Virus record (IMG/VR): IMGVR_UViG_3300027413_000007
Location: 4,180-68,179 of that record
DNA: 64,000 nt
From: a virus
Reading direction: 5' to 3' (one strand)
Shown here: positions 31,118 to 41,025 of the stretch, in pieces
Layout of the letters: each line of letters starts with the position of its first letter
Position numbering within the stretch: position 1 is the first letter of the stretch
Program-made: the position numbers and the translations under genes
The notes under the pieces: generated by a model
What the model was told of the DNA's origin: nothing
The model's database searches: none
What the model saw: only the letters and a program-made list of their open reading frames with translations

Positions 31118-32296
31118 TTATCCTACAATATCAGAATCATATAGCGGATAAAGTTGAGTCATATCTGAATCAGCTTCAAAGAACGCTGCGCCTTGTTCTG
31201 CATATGCAAGAGATGTAGTAATAATAGATGGATACGGCTTTGTCATATACGATGGATTATCTCCAGTGCCTACATAGAAGGATGGATATGTGCCATGATA
31301 ACCATAAGAATCGATACCATTTCCAAGAGAAAGCGTTGGGTTGCTATCACTTCGAATAAACGATGCGCTATCTGCTGTAGTATTCCAAATTTCTCTTGTT
31401 TGTGCTGCCCAAGCATAAGTAGTAGGATACGCAGCCTCGAGCTCAGTGATAGTTCTATTAAGATATATATTATTTCTTAATGGTTGTGTATGTAATCTAA
31501 GATTATAAACATTTCCATTAAAAGTTTCTGATGTAAGTGAAGTAATATCTAATTCTTGGAAAGTCTGAGCTGTTAGTCTTGAACCAAGTGAATCATAAAA
31601 ATAATTTTCAGATATTGAAGCTTCACCATGAACAGCGAATGGTTGTATATCAAATATTTTAGCAGTTACACCAGAAATAATTGAATTGGTTGCTGGCTCT
31701 TGTATTACTATTTCAGCGCCTAAGAAAAATCCGGCTGGATGTACAAACTTTTTATATAATTCTTCCCAACTAGGCATACCAACATCTGTTCTAATTAGAT
31801 GAGATAGCAATTGATAAATTTTTCCATCTTGTAATACTTTTTGAGCATCAACTCCAATTGGAGAAGAGGAATCATTAAGATAAAATAAATCGTTTTTAGG
31901 ATAATGAACAACTGCATCTGTAGCAAAAAAAGCTCTAAAGAAACCTTCAGCCGAATATTTAGATCCTTTTACTCTATAAAACTTTGCAAAATTACGAATA
32001 ATTTCTCTTGGTACTTTTGGAAACTTTAAAACACCAGTTGATAATGCAAATTCATTTAACATTAAATCTAACTGTTCTAAAGAATTATCTTCAACATCTC
32101 TACACGTATAAACATCTTTTACTAAAGATCCAAAACTTTTAGCATCTAAAAATTCGTAGTAGTATTCTAAAAATAATATGATACTTGGATATTCATCAAC
32201 AAAATATTGAGGCAGAACTTCTTTAACTGAGCTCTTATGCATCTCTATCGGTAATCGATTAAAATCTCTTAATGTATGCTCTAAACCTTTTACCAT
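31118..32296 (-). CDS. Baseplate wedge initiator gp7-like (short form)
   Basis: FLEYYYEFL, FYRVKGS, LQDGKIYQ..S, KFVHPAGF; lies between gp6 and gp8. Confidence 0.75.
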   Translation of the reverse strand: MVKGLEHTLRDFNRLPIEMHKSSVKEVLPQYFVDEYPSIILFLEYYYEFLDAKSFGSLVKDVYTCRDVEDNSLEQLDLMLNEFALSTGVLKFPKVPREIIRNFAKFYRVKGSKYSAEGFFRAFFATDAVVHYPKNDLFYLNDSSSPIGVDAQKVLQDGKIYQLLSHLIRTDVGMPSWEELYKKFVHPAGFFLGAEIVIQEPATNSIISGVTAKIFDIQPFAVHGEASISENYFYDSLGSRLTAQTFQELDITSLTSETFNGNVYNLRLHTQPLRNNIYLNRTITELEAAYPTTYAWAAQTREIWNTTADSASFIRSDSNPTLSLGNGIDSYGYHGTYPSFYVGTGDNPSYMTKPYPSIITTSLAYAEQGAAFFEADSDMTQLYPLYDSDIVG

Positions 32297-32300
32297 TCTC

Positions 32301-34145
32301 TTAGTAACCTAACACTATATTAGTATCTTGATAATCGATATTAACACCAACTGTTAGATTATTTTCAGATACACTTAATACGTAATTTCTAAGAGGTTTA
32401 ATTACTGTTTGATCTTGAGGAATAGCTTTAATTTTGACAGAACCTGATCCATCTATAATGGCTCTTGGTGCAAATCCGTTTAACTGGACTAAACCGCTTT
32501 GCGGAAAATATGTTCCTAAAGTATCTACTATTACCGAACTATTTGCATCAACAATTTGAAGTACAGTAGTACCTAGTTGATTTCTTATTCTCGCAATAAT
32601 GTTATTATCACCATACGTAAATGTGCTTGATTCAATACTATATCTATCCTCAGATGGATTTTCCAGTCGCACCGGAAAATATAATTTATACGAATCTTCT
32701 AAATTGAGTGTTGGCTGAAAGCTTATTTGAAGTTTAACATTCATACTAGAAGAAAGAACAGATGGGTCATAAGCATCGATCTTTGTTAACAATGATGATC
32801 TTCTAAAAGTTTTACCAAATCCAGCTAATAGTGTATCAAAATGTGTTTTAATAAGATTTTTTGTTCTAGCTTCGATATTACCTGACTTTAATCCAGTAAG
32901 ATTAGGGTCCCATTGAATATTTGCATCGATTAAAAAATCAAGAGAAACTGGCTCTACAAATTTTGTACTTATAGCCATAATGGCAAGATTGTTGGTGTAT
33001 ATATTAACTATATTCGACTTTATATTTATTTTTTCTTCTTCAGTTACACCAGATCCATAATCTAAGCTGATATATACACAACCATAATCAACTGGAATAT
33101 TATCTTGACTTCCCCAGGCTGCAACTGATTGAATAGCTGGGAAATTAGCTTTAATCATTGATTCGTAATCTAAAGCAGTAACAAGTCTTTGTTGTGTACT
33201 AAAAGCAACAGGTGCCAACTGCTTTATAGTGTCAATAGATTGTAAATTAGATCCACTAATTGATTTTGAAAGTGGTATTACATTTACTGGATAGCTTGTG
33301 CCTAATATAGATATTTGATTATTTGCGGTAAATGCAATTCCTCCATTACCAGCTTCGCCTGCTGTACTTAAATAGCTCACAACAATCTTATTACCAGCTG
33401 TCGGTGATTTGCCAAAAGTTACTCCATCGCCAAAATTAATTTCATAAAAACCATTTGGCGTTTCTCTTATCGTATAATACGTTGAAGTAGAATCGACTGT
33501 AACAGCTCTATCTAATTCAGTATAAGTTTCATAAGATGCAGATGTTGTAGAATTATATACTGTTACACTAGCGGTTTTAACGTCGATATTTTTATCTGGA
33601 ATAACATATACTTGTCTATCTGTAGTTGCTCCTACTATAAATGTCTTATTAGTAACTTTACCTTCATAGGCAATAATTTCAGACGCACCAGTAGATGAAT
33701 TAAAAGTATAAACTCCGTTAGATTCTACACCAGTGTATCTTTGTCTAGTATGAAATTCATACGAATTCCCATCAATAGTAGTACTAAATGTAAATCCAGG
33801 TGGAAGAAGAATAGATGTAGGACGGTTAGCTACTAATCCAGTATTAACCGTAGCTTTTAAAGCTACTCTTGAAGATGTTTTAGAAGCAATATCTAGACCT
33901 AGCATTTCAGCATGAGATACTACAGAAGGTCTTAATTGAGCAGTATTTAAAAATGATTCGTTTAACGCAAAATTAGCAATAAGACCGTTATAATGCGTGT
34001 TATATGCTAACACATCTAGTATGTTACTTAAACCAGAAGCTTCAAAGTCATAGTCAGTAAACTCTGATTTTTCTTTAAAAAATGTCTTAAGAGCACTTTT
34101 TATATTTTCAAAATCAAGTTGGGTTGATGTAATATTTGTTGCCAT
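32301..34145 (-). CDS. Baseplate wedge subunit gp6
   Basis: LDFENIK..LK..F..EFTDYDFEASGLS.ILDVLAYNTHY, FGDGV.G, Q.RLVTA.DY. Confidence 0.92.
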   Translation of the reverse strand: MATNITSTQLDFENIKSALKTFFKEKSEFTDYDFEASGLSNILDVLAYNTHYNGLIANFALNESFLNTAQLRPSVVSHAEMLGLDIASKTSSRVALKATVNTGLVANRPTSILLPPGFTFSTTIDGNSYEFHTRQRYTGVESNGVYTFNSSTGASEIIAYEGKVTNKTFIVGATTDRQVYVIPDKNIDVKTASVTVYNSTTSASYETYTELDRAVTVDSTSTYYTIRETPNGFYEINFGDGVTFGKSPTAGNKIVVSYLSTAGEAGNGGIAFTANNQISILGTSYPVNVIPLSKSISGSNLQSIDTIKQLAPVAFSTQQRLVTALDYESMIKANFPAIQSVAAWGSQDNIPVDYGCVYISLDYGSGVTEEEKINIKSNIVNIYTNNLAIMAISTKFVEPVSLDFLIDANIQWDPNLTGLKSGNIEARTKNLIKTHFDTLLAGFGKTFRRSSLLTKIDAYDPSVLSSSMNVKLQISFQPTLNLEDSYKLYFPVRLENPSEDRYSIESSTFTYGDNNIIARIRNQLGTTVLQIVDANSSVIVDTLGTYFPQSGLVQLNGFAPRAIIDGSGSVKIKAIPQDQTVIKPLRNYVLSVSENNLTVGVNIDYQDTNIVLGY

Positions 34146-34589
34146 TTATCTTAACCTTGCTACTGAAGTTTCTATAACTTCTATTGTTCCTGTAGATAAT
34201 ACTAAAAACTCTATTCTACAAAAAATGTTATTTAAATCGGGTCGAATCGTAGATTGAACATTTAATATTTTTGCTCTCGGTTCCCAGTTTTTTACTGCCA
34301 TTGCGACTTCTTGGTTAATATCATCTTCTAACAAATCATCAGCTAATTCAAAAAGCAATCCAGTCAGATCAGCACCAAAAGAGTGCTGAAAAGGTTTTTC
34401 AAATTTGTTAGTCATTAATAAATTTTTTACAGCCTGTTTAACTGCAGCTGCTTCTGTTTTTTTAAAAATATCACCATTAGTTTTTAAGTTAAACAATAGA
34501 TTAATGTCTTTACTCTCTCGAATACCAGAAGTGATAATACCTGCAGTTGAAAGATTTCCATCTTCTGTTGAGAATGCTCTTGTTACCAT
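34146..34589 (-). CDS. Baseplate wedge subunit gp25
   Basis: AVKQAVKNLLMTN..EKPF...FG..L..LLFE...WEPR. Confidence 0.9.
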   Translation of the reverse strand: MVTRAFSTEDGNLSTAGIITSGIRESKDINLLFNLKTNGDIFKKTEAAAVKQAVKNLLMTNKFEKPFQHSFGADLTGLLFELADDLLEDDINQEVAMAVKNWEPRAKILNVQSTIRPDLNNIFCRIEFLVLSTGTIEVIETSVARLR

Positions 34590-34615
34590 TTTATTCTATC
34601 TTCTATTGTTTATTC

Positions 34616-34623
34616 TATTTATA
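34616..34623 (-). promoter_or_regulatory. Late promoter TATAAATA
   Basis: Exact match upstream of gp25. Confidence 0.7.
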
Positions 34624-34644
34624 CATTTATTTGTTAATTATTTG

Positions 34645-37600
34645 TTATTTTAAACTCCAATTAAGGCTTCCTCGGCCTTGCGATGCCGGCACTATAGAAT
34701 CCTCTAGCCCCACTCTAATAGCCATATACATTGGTCGATCAGCTGAAATTGCTCTGCTTACATAAACTCTATATTTAATAGGACCATGGAAGTCACGTTC
34801 ATTATATCCGACTTGTTTAAAGAATTCCTTTTCGCCTTCAACATCATGGAATATTAGAGTACTTCCTGGAGCATGTTTTCCAGCTTTTGCTGCTGCAGTT
34901 AATTCGTCAATGCTTCCATATGTGCCATTCGGTAGTTTTGTTTTTGTCCCGGCTTTCTTCGGTTCTGGTTCCTTAACAACTTTTGGAGTTTCTTTTTCTT
35001 TAACTATTTCAGCTTTTGTTTCAGCTGTTTTATATATTTCGTTTGATCGAGGAGCTGGAATCGATCCGCCTTCTTCATCTCTCATTGTAAATAGACTTGC
35101 ATCTTTATAAATGTTAAAATCTCCTCCCCAACCCAATCCAAAAGATCTAGCAATTTCTGCAATGGCGTCTGGAAAATCATGAACAAGAGTAGTACCCTTT
35201 AAATTCTGAGAAGCATTAATGTTTATACCTAAACCAGACGCATTAGAAGTCCATAAATCCTCTCCTTTGTATTCATCAGGAAGATTTGAATATCTCTGCG
35301 TAGTTGTAGAATATCCTTCTAATGTTTTAATTGTATAATTATATTCTGGCCCTTCAAGTTTGTTAATAAATCCTTGAAGATTATCCCATACTACAGCTGA
35401 TACCATGGCATAAAACCCGCTTTTAGTTTTAATTTTCTTTAACCCTTCCTCAGTAATAGCTGGAGCTGTTATATCTTCTAATTCAATTGCTCCTGTTTCA
35501 CTTAAAGTTATTTCAATTAAATCTTTAGCTGATTGCAACTCATCATTAAAAATAGTTTCTAGCTCTTGTTTAAATGTAATTTTATAATTCTGTGGTATTT
35601 CTGGCATAGTAACTATAATTGAACAATATAATATTTTTTCTCCATTTGATAATTCATCTACTTCATATGTATCGTAAGATAATATTAATTTATCAAATTC
35701 TGCATTGTCTTTTAAATAACTAGCTAAGTCAAAAGTTACATCAGGAGACAGCTCACCAGTTCTACCATTTCTAACTTCAAATGCAACTACCCTACCAGTA
35801 CTTGATAATTTTGTAATAGAGTCTTCTGGGGCGGATTTGTCACTTGGCCCTAATTTTTGGACACCCTCAACTATTTTTACATTAAATCCATCCATAAATT
35901 TAGGAGCTTTTACTAATTTTAATAGCTTAACACTACCAACTAAATTCCTTGCTACTCTATGTCTTTCAATCTGACTCATATGATTCATTGTTTCAGAATT
36001 TGGAAAGAATTTTGCGATTGGTACGCCAGCTGAAAGAAGAGTTCCCATTTTAATAGTTTTAATATGGTTTGGATTATATTGTGCTTCAGGTACAATAAAT
36101 TTAATTTGTTTTTTAGATGTATCGCTCGCTTTATATCTAGAAATTATGGTGGTAGGATCAACCGCACCGATGACTTGCCCTCCCATTCTAGATTGAGTTT
36201 TCTTTCCGACTATACGATCTATATGTGGAGGAACTTTTTCAGTATATGAAGAAGACAATACCCCAGCCGCGATTTGCTCTTGAGTAAACGATAAATTATT
36301 TTTATTTGCTGGATTACGCATTTTAATTCTTATTTCAGCTGTAGTGAGAGGTTTCTCTGTAACTCCTGCTGTTGTAACGGTTTTATCCATATAATTATAG
36401 ATTCCATCATCTTCATCTACAAAAACTGATTGTACCATATACGCAGATTTATCTAAGAATATAGAAGAAGTAGTTGCGGTTGGTAATGGCTTTAAATTAT
36501 CTAATCCACTTGGCCCATAATCGCTCGCAGCGTCTGTTGGCCATTTCTTTGGTCCCTTTGTAGTATTTGGCGGAATGTCAGCAGTTGTATCTGTTGCGGC
36601 TGAATAACCATATCCTGAACCAGCGTGTGCGCCAGACGAAGGATGAAGGCCAGCTTGGTTTGATATCATTGCCTGAGTGGCCGTGCCTTGTAAATCACCG
36701 TATACAACTGGAATATTCATATGACCTGTTGTCACTTGAGTATCATTATAGATAGTTGCAGTTGTTACATTGTCAATTGCATTTATTGAATGGCCAGTAA
36801 ACATATTATAATTATACATTACAATATTCTCACCACCAATAGTTCCAGTATTACCTGTAGCAGTCAAATCCTGAGCAACAATATTGATATTAGGAGAACT
36901 TAAAGATATTTCAGTTTGTGATGTAAGAGTTGTAGATCCTTTGTGATTATAATCTGCTTCACCTCTCACAACAAACTCATAATCTGCTTTTACTGAAGTG
37001 CTTAGTTTTCCAAGAAATGTATTTGTAACATCTTTTAATACAGTAGTACTTTTTACTTTTTGAATAGTTTCAGCCATCATGCCAATAATTCGTTTAGTAT
37101 AAGACCCAAAGACGTTTACGATCCAATGACCTCCAACTTTTAGATTATAATTTCCTCCAACATCAAGATTAAAATCTCCACCGATATTCATATTTAAGTC
37201 ACCTGAATAAGTAAGATTGCCATTTCCTTCTGTAAATAGATGATGATTACCAGTTATCAAATCTACTCTATTACCTCTTGCATTAACAATAATAGAGCCA
37301 TCTGGTTTCATTTCAACTCCGGCGCCTGACATATGCTTAAGTAGAATTCTTTCGCTGCCTATAGTATCATCATAAAGAATCACATGGCCTTTCGGTGTTG
37401 TCTTAATTGATACTTCAGTTGCAGAAGATGGAACTTCATGTACAAGAGATATATCTTCACGACCTACTGTAACAGCAACGTCTGTTTCTAGGTTATGAAT
37501 TGTTTCTCCTCTTGTACTTTTTTCCGTTCCTGGTTGATAAAAATATTCAGATCGAGGTAATTCTCCGGCTGGATCTTCAAATCCAGTACCTAAAGTTTTA

Positions 37601-37677
37601 CCTTGTAATGTCGCTTGTCTATTCTTATCGATTAGAGTATCAAGATCTGATCTTAAACTCATGCGCCGCTCCCCCAA
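34645..37677 (-). CDS. gp5-like C-terminal spike part (beta-helix) fused to degenerate M15 peptidase-like domains
   Basis: GF.DP.G..P, GHVILYDDT.G.ERI..KH.SG..EM.PDG, VGGN-type repeats; later GLGININ...GLGWGGDF...D..F. Confidence 0.75.
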   Translation of the reverse strand: MGERRMSLRSDLDTLIDKNRQATLQGKTLGTGFEDPAGELPRSEYFYQPGTEKSTRGETIHNLETDVAVTVGREDISLVHEVPSSATEVSIKTTPKGHVILYDDTIGSERILLKHMSGAGVEMKPDGSIIVNARGNRVDLITGNHHLFTEGNGNLTYSGDLNMNIGGDFNLDVGGNYNLKVGGHWIVNVFGSYTKRIIGMMAETIQKVKSTTVLKDVTNTFLGKLSTSVKADYEFVVRGEADYNHKGSTTLTSQTEISLSSPNINIVAQDLTATGNTGTIGGENIVMYNYNMFTGHSINAIDNVTTATIYNDTQVTTGHMNIPVVYGDLQGTATQAMISNQAGLHPSSGAHAGSGYGYSAATDTTADIPPNTTKGPKKWPTDAASDYGPSGLDNLKPLPTATTSSIFLDKSAYMVQSVFVDEDDGIYNYMDKTVTTAGVTEKPLTTAEIRIKMRNPANKNNLSFTQEQIAAGVLSSSYTEKVPPHIDRIVGKKTQSRMGGQVIGAVDPTTIISRYKASDTSKKQIKFIVPEAQYNPNHIKTIKMGTLLSAGVPIAKFFPNSETMNHMSQIERHRVARNLVGSVKLLKLVKAPKFMDGFNVKIVEGVQKLGPSDKSAPEDSITKLSSTGRVVAFEVRNGRTGELSPDVTFDLASYLKDNAEFDKLILSYDTYEVDELSNGEKILYCSIIVTMPEIPQNYKITFKQELETIFNDELQSAKDLIEITLSETGAIELEDITAPAITEEGLKKIKTKSGFYAMVSAVVWDNLQGFINKLEGPEYNYTIKTLEGYSTTTQRYSNLPDEYKGEDLWTSNASGLGININASQNLKGTTLVHDFPDAIAEIARSFGLGWGGDFNIYKDASLFTMRDEEGGSIPAPRSNEIYKTAETKAEIVKEKETPKVVKEPEPKKAGTKTKLPNGTYGSIDELTAAAKAGKHAPGSTLIFHDVEGEKEFFKQVGYNERDFHGPIKYRVYVSRAISADRPMYMAIRVGLEDSIVPASQGRGSLNWSLK

Positions 37678-39896
37678 AATTTAAAGTCATCTACAGTCTC
37701 AATTACTTTTCCAGCTTTATCTTTAATTTCAGTAGCAGCATTAGTAGCGTCTTCAAGATTTAAGCCCTGTTTTAAATAATCTCCTACACTTTGATTATTT
37801 ACACCGACTCTCAATACCTCATCTGGAATAACATCAAACGATTTTATAACGTCTCCGGCTTTTAATTTTTTGTCATTAAGAAGACTTACAATTTCATCAT
37901 ATCCATGAACTGCAACTGGAATTTTTTCTGGAAGAGGTATCGCGGTTTTTACTTGTTCTTTATCTACTACATTCGGTGAGACCGCTGGCGCCGGTGTAGG
38001 AATAACATTTGGAGCATTATACAGTGTCAGAGCATCTGATGCCATAGGCGATTCTCCAACTAAAGCATCCTGATCCATTGCTGGAAGACTAGGATCTGTT
38101 TGATTAGTTTTCTTATATCTATTTTTTAAATAACTACCTACATCGAATCCAGGATCTAATTCTTGATCTTGCAATTCGTTATGACCGAATATACTGCAAC
38201 CTGGCCAAATAGTATAAAATGCTTTACACATCATATCAAATGAAATATATTGTGATGATGTCAACGATTCTCTTCCATACACCCAGTTCTCTTTTTTTTC
38301 TGAGGAATATGAATTCAATCCTCCTATAAATGCAATACCAATGCTGTATTTATCGTGACCCGGAGCGTGTTCTCCTTCTATATATACCGGCCGTCCTCTT
38401 TCTATTTGTCCATTCTTTTTTATGATATAATGATAAGAGCATCCTTGATGATTTAATGCTATTGATCTAGCATGAACTTCCGCTGCTCCGGCATGTGCCT
38501 GATCTAAAAAATGACTAGACCAATGAACAATCATTTCTGTAATTTCTCTTTTAACACTATTAAATTCAGCCACTAATTCGTCGTATGTATTCACTCGAGT
38601 AAATGCATATTCACCTGGATTTTCAACTTTTCTAGAATTATCAGATATAGTTGTTTTATTTCCATCCCAATTCGAAGCTGCTTGTCCTATATCACTTTGC
38701 GGTGCTGACAACGGAGGAGCATCATTATCATCAGTTTCTACATTGGTAGAAAGATCTGTTGTAAGACTATTAACTTTGTTTTCTATATCACTAATAGATA
38801 TTCCTAATTGTGATTCAATAATAGCTCTTGACTGTGCAGGATCCATTCCTGGAATAGTAATTTGACCAGTATCTGGATTTACATATGGAACAATATTAGA
38901 ACCAAAAGTTGTAACTTCACCAGTATTAGGATTTTTCCACGGTACAATTTTACCATCCTTAGCGCTTTTGATTATAGATGCTTTATTAATATCGTTAATA
39001 ACTTTTGTAAAATTTTCTTCTTTTAGATCTTTTACGGATTGAATCGTGTTTTCAATTGATAAAACCGAACCAGCTAAATCTTGAATACCTCTTTTTATAT
39101 GATTTTCTGCAGATAGTTTTGCATTTTGAATTACTCCAAGTTTCGCATTTATATTATTGTCAACATCAGTAACAGTCTTTAAAATTTGATCTACACCTTT
39201 TATTGATATATCTAAATCTACATTCAAAGCAGAAGATATTCCACCTAGACCACTAGTTAGACCCTTTAGTTGTGTAGGAATTGATGTTAATCTATTCAAA
39301 TTGCCTGTTAAATTTGTTTCAAGCCCATCTGCTAAGGCTTCTAATTTAGCTACCTTATCAAGACTATCTTTTGCAGCACTAAGCAATTCAGTTGGAACAA
39401 TACCCTTCATTATGTCGTCAAATTTTGGAAGTGATCCTGTAATTTTATTAATATTCGATTGAATAGAAGCTGGTGTTCCAAGCAATTTATTAGCTTTCTT
39501 TATACCAGCTCTTATATCCGCATTTTCTGTTTTTGGAATACCAACAAATCCAGTATCAGGATTAGTCCAAGGTCGTGCGCTCATTTGCTGAACAATTTCA
39601 GCTTCTGCTGCAGTTAAAGACTTATTCATCTTATCTTCAAGACCTGGCATTTTATTTGTTAGTTCTACAATAGGAGCTACAGCAATAAGATTAGCTATAC
39701 TTTCTTTAGCTTCAGGTAAAGATTCAGTAACTGATTTAATTCCGTTAATACTATTTCCAACTTTATTTAATAGCATTTTAGTATCATTTAGCGATTTAAG
39801 GCCTTTACCAACGATGTCTACTTTTGAAGTCAGATTTTCGAAATCTAAAGTACCTCTTACGTTACTTAGTTTTGAATTTAAATTCTTAATATCCAC
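37659..39896 (-). CDS. Baseplate-associated protein with T7-lysozyme-like N-acetylmuramoyl-L-alanine amidase domain
   Basis: IVHWS...SYHYIIKKNGQIERGRP...GEHA...SIGIAFIGG...FGHNE...DPGFDV after a long helical N-terminus. Confidence 0.82.
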   Translation of the reverse strand: MDIKNLNSKLSNVRGTLDFENLTSKVDIVGKGLKSLNDTKMLLNKVGNSINGIKSVTESLPEAKESIANLIAVAPIVELTNKMPGLEDKMNKSLTAAEAEIVQQMSARPWTNPDTGFVGIPKTENADIRAGIKKANKLLGTPASIQSNINKITGSLPKFDDIMKGIVPTELLSAAKDSLDKVAKLEALADGLETNLTGNLNRLTSIPTQLKGLTSGLGGISSALNVDLDISIKGVDQILKTVTDVDNNINAKLGVIQNAKLSAENHIKRGIQDLAGSVLSIENTIQSVKDLKEENFTKVINDINKASIIKSAKDGKIVPWKNPNTGEVTTFGSNIVPYVNPDTGQITIPGMDPAQSRAIIESQLGISISDIENKVNSLTTDLSTNVETDDNDAPPLSAPQSDIGQAASNWDGNKTTISDNSRKVENPGEYAFTRVNTYDELVAEFNSVKREITEMIVHWSSHFLDQAHAGAAEVHARSIALNHQGCSYHYIIKKNGQIERGRPVYIEGEHAPGHDKYSIGIAFIGGLNSYSSEKKENWVYGRESLTSSQYISFDMMCKAFYTIWPGCSIFGHNELQDQELDPGFDVGSYLKNRYKKTNQTDPSLPAMDQDALVGESPMASDALTLYNAPNVIPTPAPAVSPNVVDKEQVKTAIPLPEKIPVAVHGYDEIVSLLNDKKLKAGDVIKSFDVIPDEVLRVGVNNQSVGDYLKQGLNLEDATNAATEIKDKAGKVIETVDDFKFWGSGA

Positions 39897-39908
39897 AATC
39901 AGCTCTCC

Positions 39909-41018
39909 TTATGAACTACCACTAACAAATCTACGATGATAAACTTTAGCCCATTTAATTCTTTCTCTTAAAGACTTTGACCAATATCTTCGCCCACCGC
40001 TATTTTTACTCGTGCCGCCAGCTGTATATGGACATGAACCAAATTCTCCACCATATTTTATGAACTTAAACGAAGGTCTTTCAAAGAATCTACACACGCT
40101 ATAAGCAGTATTTGCTACATCACTGCCACATGAATTTATATGTCCCCAAGCACTTTTCTCATTATATTGACCGCTATCTGTACATTCGTGCCATATAAAT
40201 CGGGCCTGTGCATCCAAACTTTGCCACGGTAAATTCATTTTTTCAGAAAATAATATTAAATTTTCCCAACGTTGACCCCTCCATTGACACAAACCAAATG
40301 CAGGAAGTCCAACATCATCAGGATTAATTATTTCGTTCCATGGCCCGCTTTTAAAAAATACTGACTGACCTTCATAGCTACTCTGATATTGGTGTGATTT
40401 TGATGCTTTTGTTACAGTATAAACTCCTCTATAATCTCGTCCACCACCTGGTCCAGATTCTATTCTAATATTTCCCATGAATCCACAGACTTGAGCTGGT
40501 TGCATAAAATTACTTAAAGCAGTAAATAGTTTTTCTTCTGTTCCATTTCCTGGCATAGCTTTAGCAATTGCTTCTATCTCAGCTGAATTCGCTTGAGTTG
40601 AAACTCCATCACCTTTAGAATATTTTCCTTCAGATCTAACTGCAACATTTTCACCGCCATCAACTAATTGATTTTCTAAAGAAGGATCACTTGCTTGAAT
40701 ATATGACGGTAATTGTCTAGTAATATAGCTTCCAAGGACTAGAGGTATTTGTGATAACTTTCCGTCTAAAAACATACCATGCACCATCGCCCCGCGGCCT
40801 AATACACTGTTTTCACCATCACCTGATATTCCAGGAGAAGTGACTGGAATTAAAGTTTGAGCCCAAGGTAAATCAACGTCAGCAATTTCTAAATTATCAT
40901 GAATACCAAATATTCTAACTTGAACTCTTCCCATTCTTTTGGGGTCGTCATTTCTTCTAACCTTTCCAATAAAAAATCTTGGATCATCTCCCCAATACGC
41001 GCTCGATAAACTTTTCAT
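39909..41018 (-). CDS. gp5 N-terminal OB-fold fused to a phage tail lysozyme-like domain
   Basis: FIGKV...DP..MGRVQVRIFGIH...LPWA...V.GMFLDG...Q.P.VLG; then GFMGNIRIES, FGLCQW, Q..FI..E, FERP. Confidence 0.85.
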   Translation of the reverse strand: MKSLSSAYWGDDPRFFIGKVRRNDDPKRMGRVQVRIFGIHDNLEIADVDLPWAQTLIPVTSPGISGDGENSVLGRGAMVHGMFLDGKLSQIPLVLGSYITRQLPSYIQASDPSLENQLVDGGENVAVRSEGKYSKGDGVSTQANSAEIEAIAKAMPGNGTEEKLFTALSNFMQPAQVCGFMGNIRIESGPGGGRDYRGVYTVTKASKSHQYQSSYEGQSVFFKSGPWNEIINPDDVGLPAFGLCQWRGQRWENLILFSEKMNLPWQSLDAQARFIWHECTDSGQYNEKSAWGHINSCGSDVANTAYSVCRFFERPSFKFIKYGGEFGSCPYTAGGTSKNSGGRRYWSKSLRERIKWAKVYHRRFVSGSS

Positions 41019-41025
41019 TTAAATC

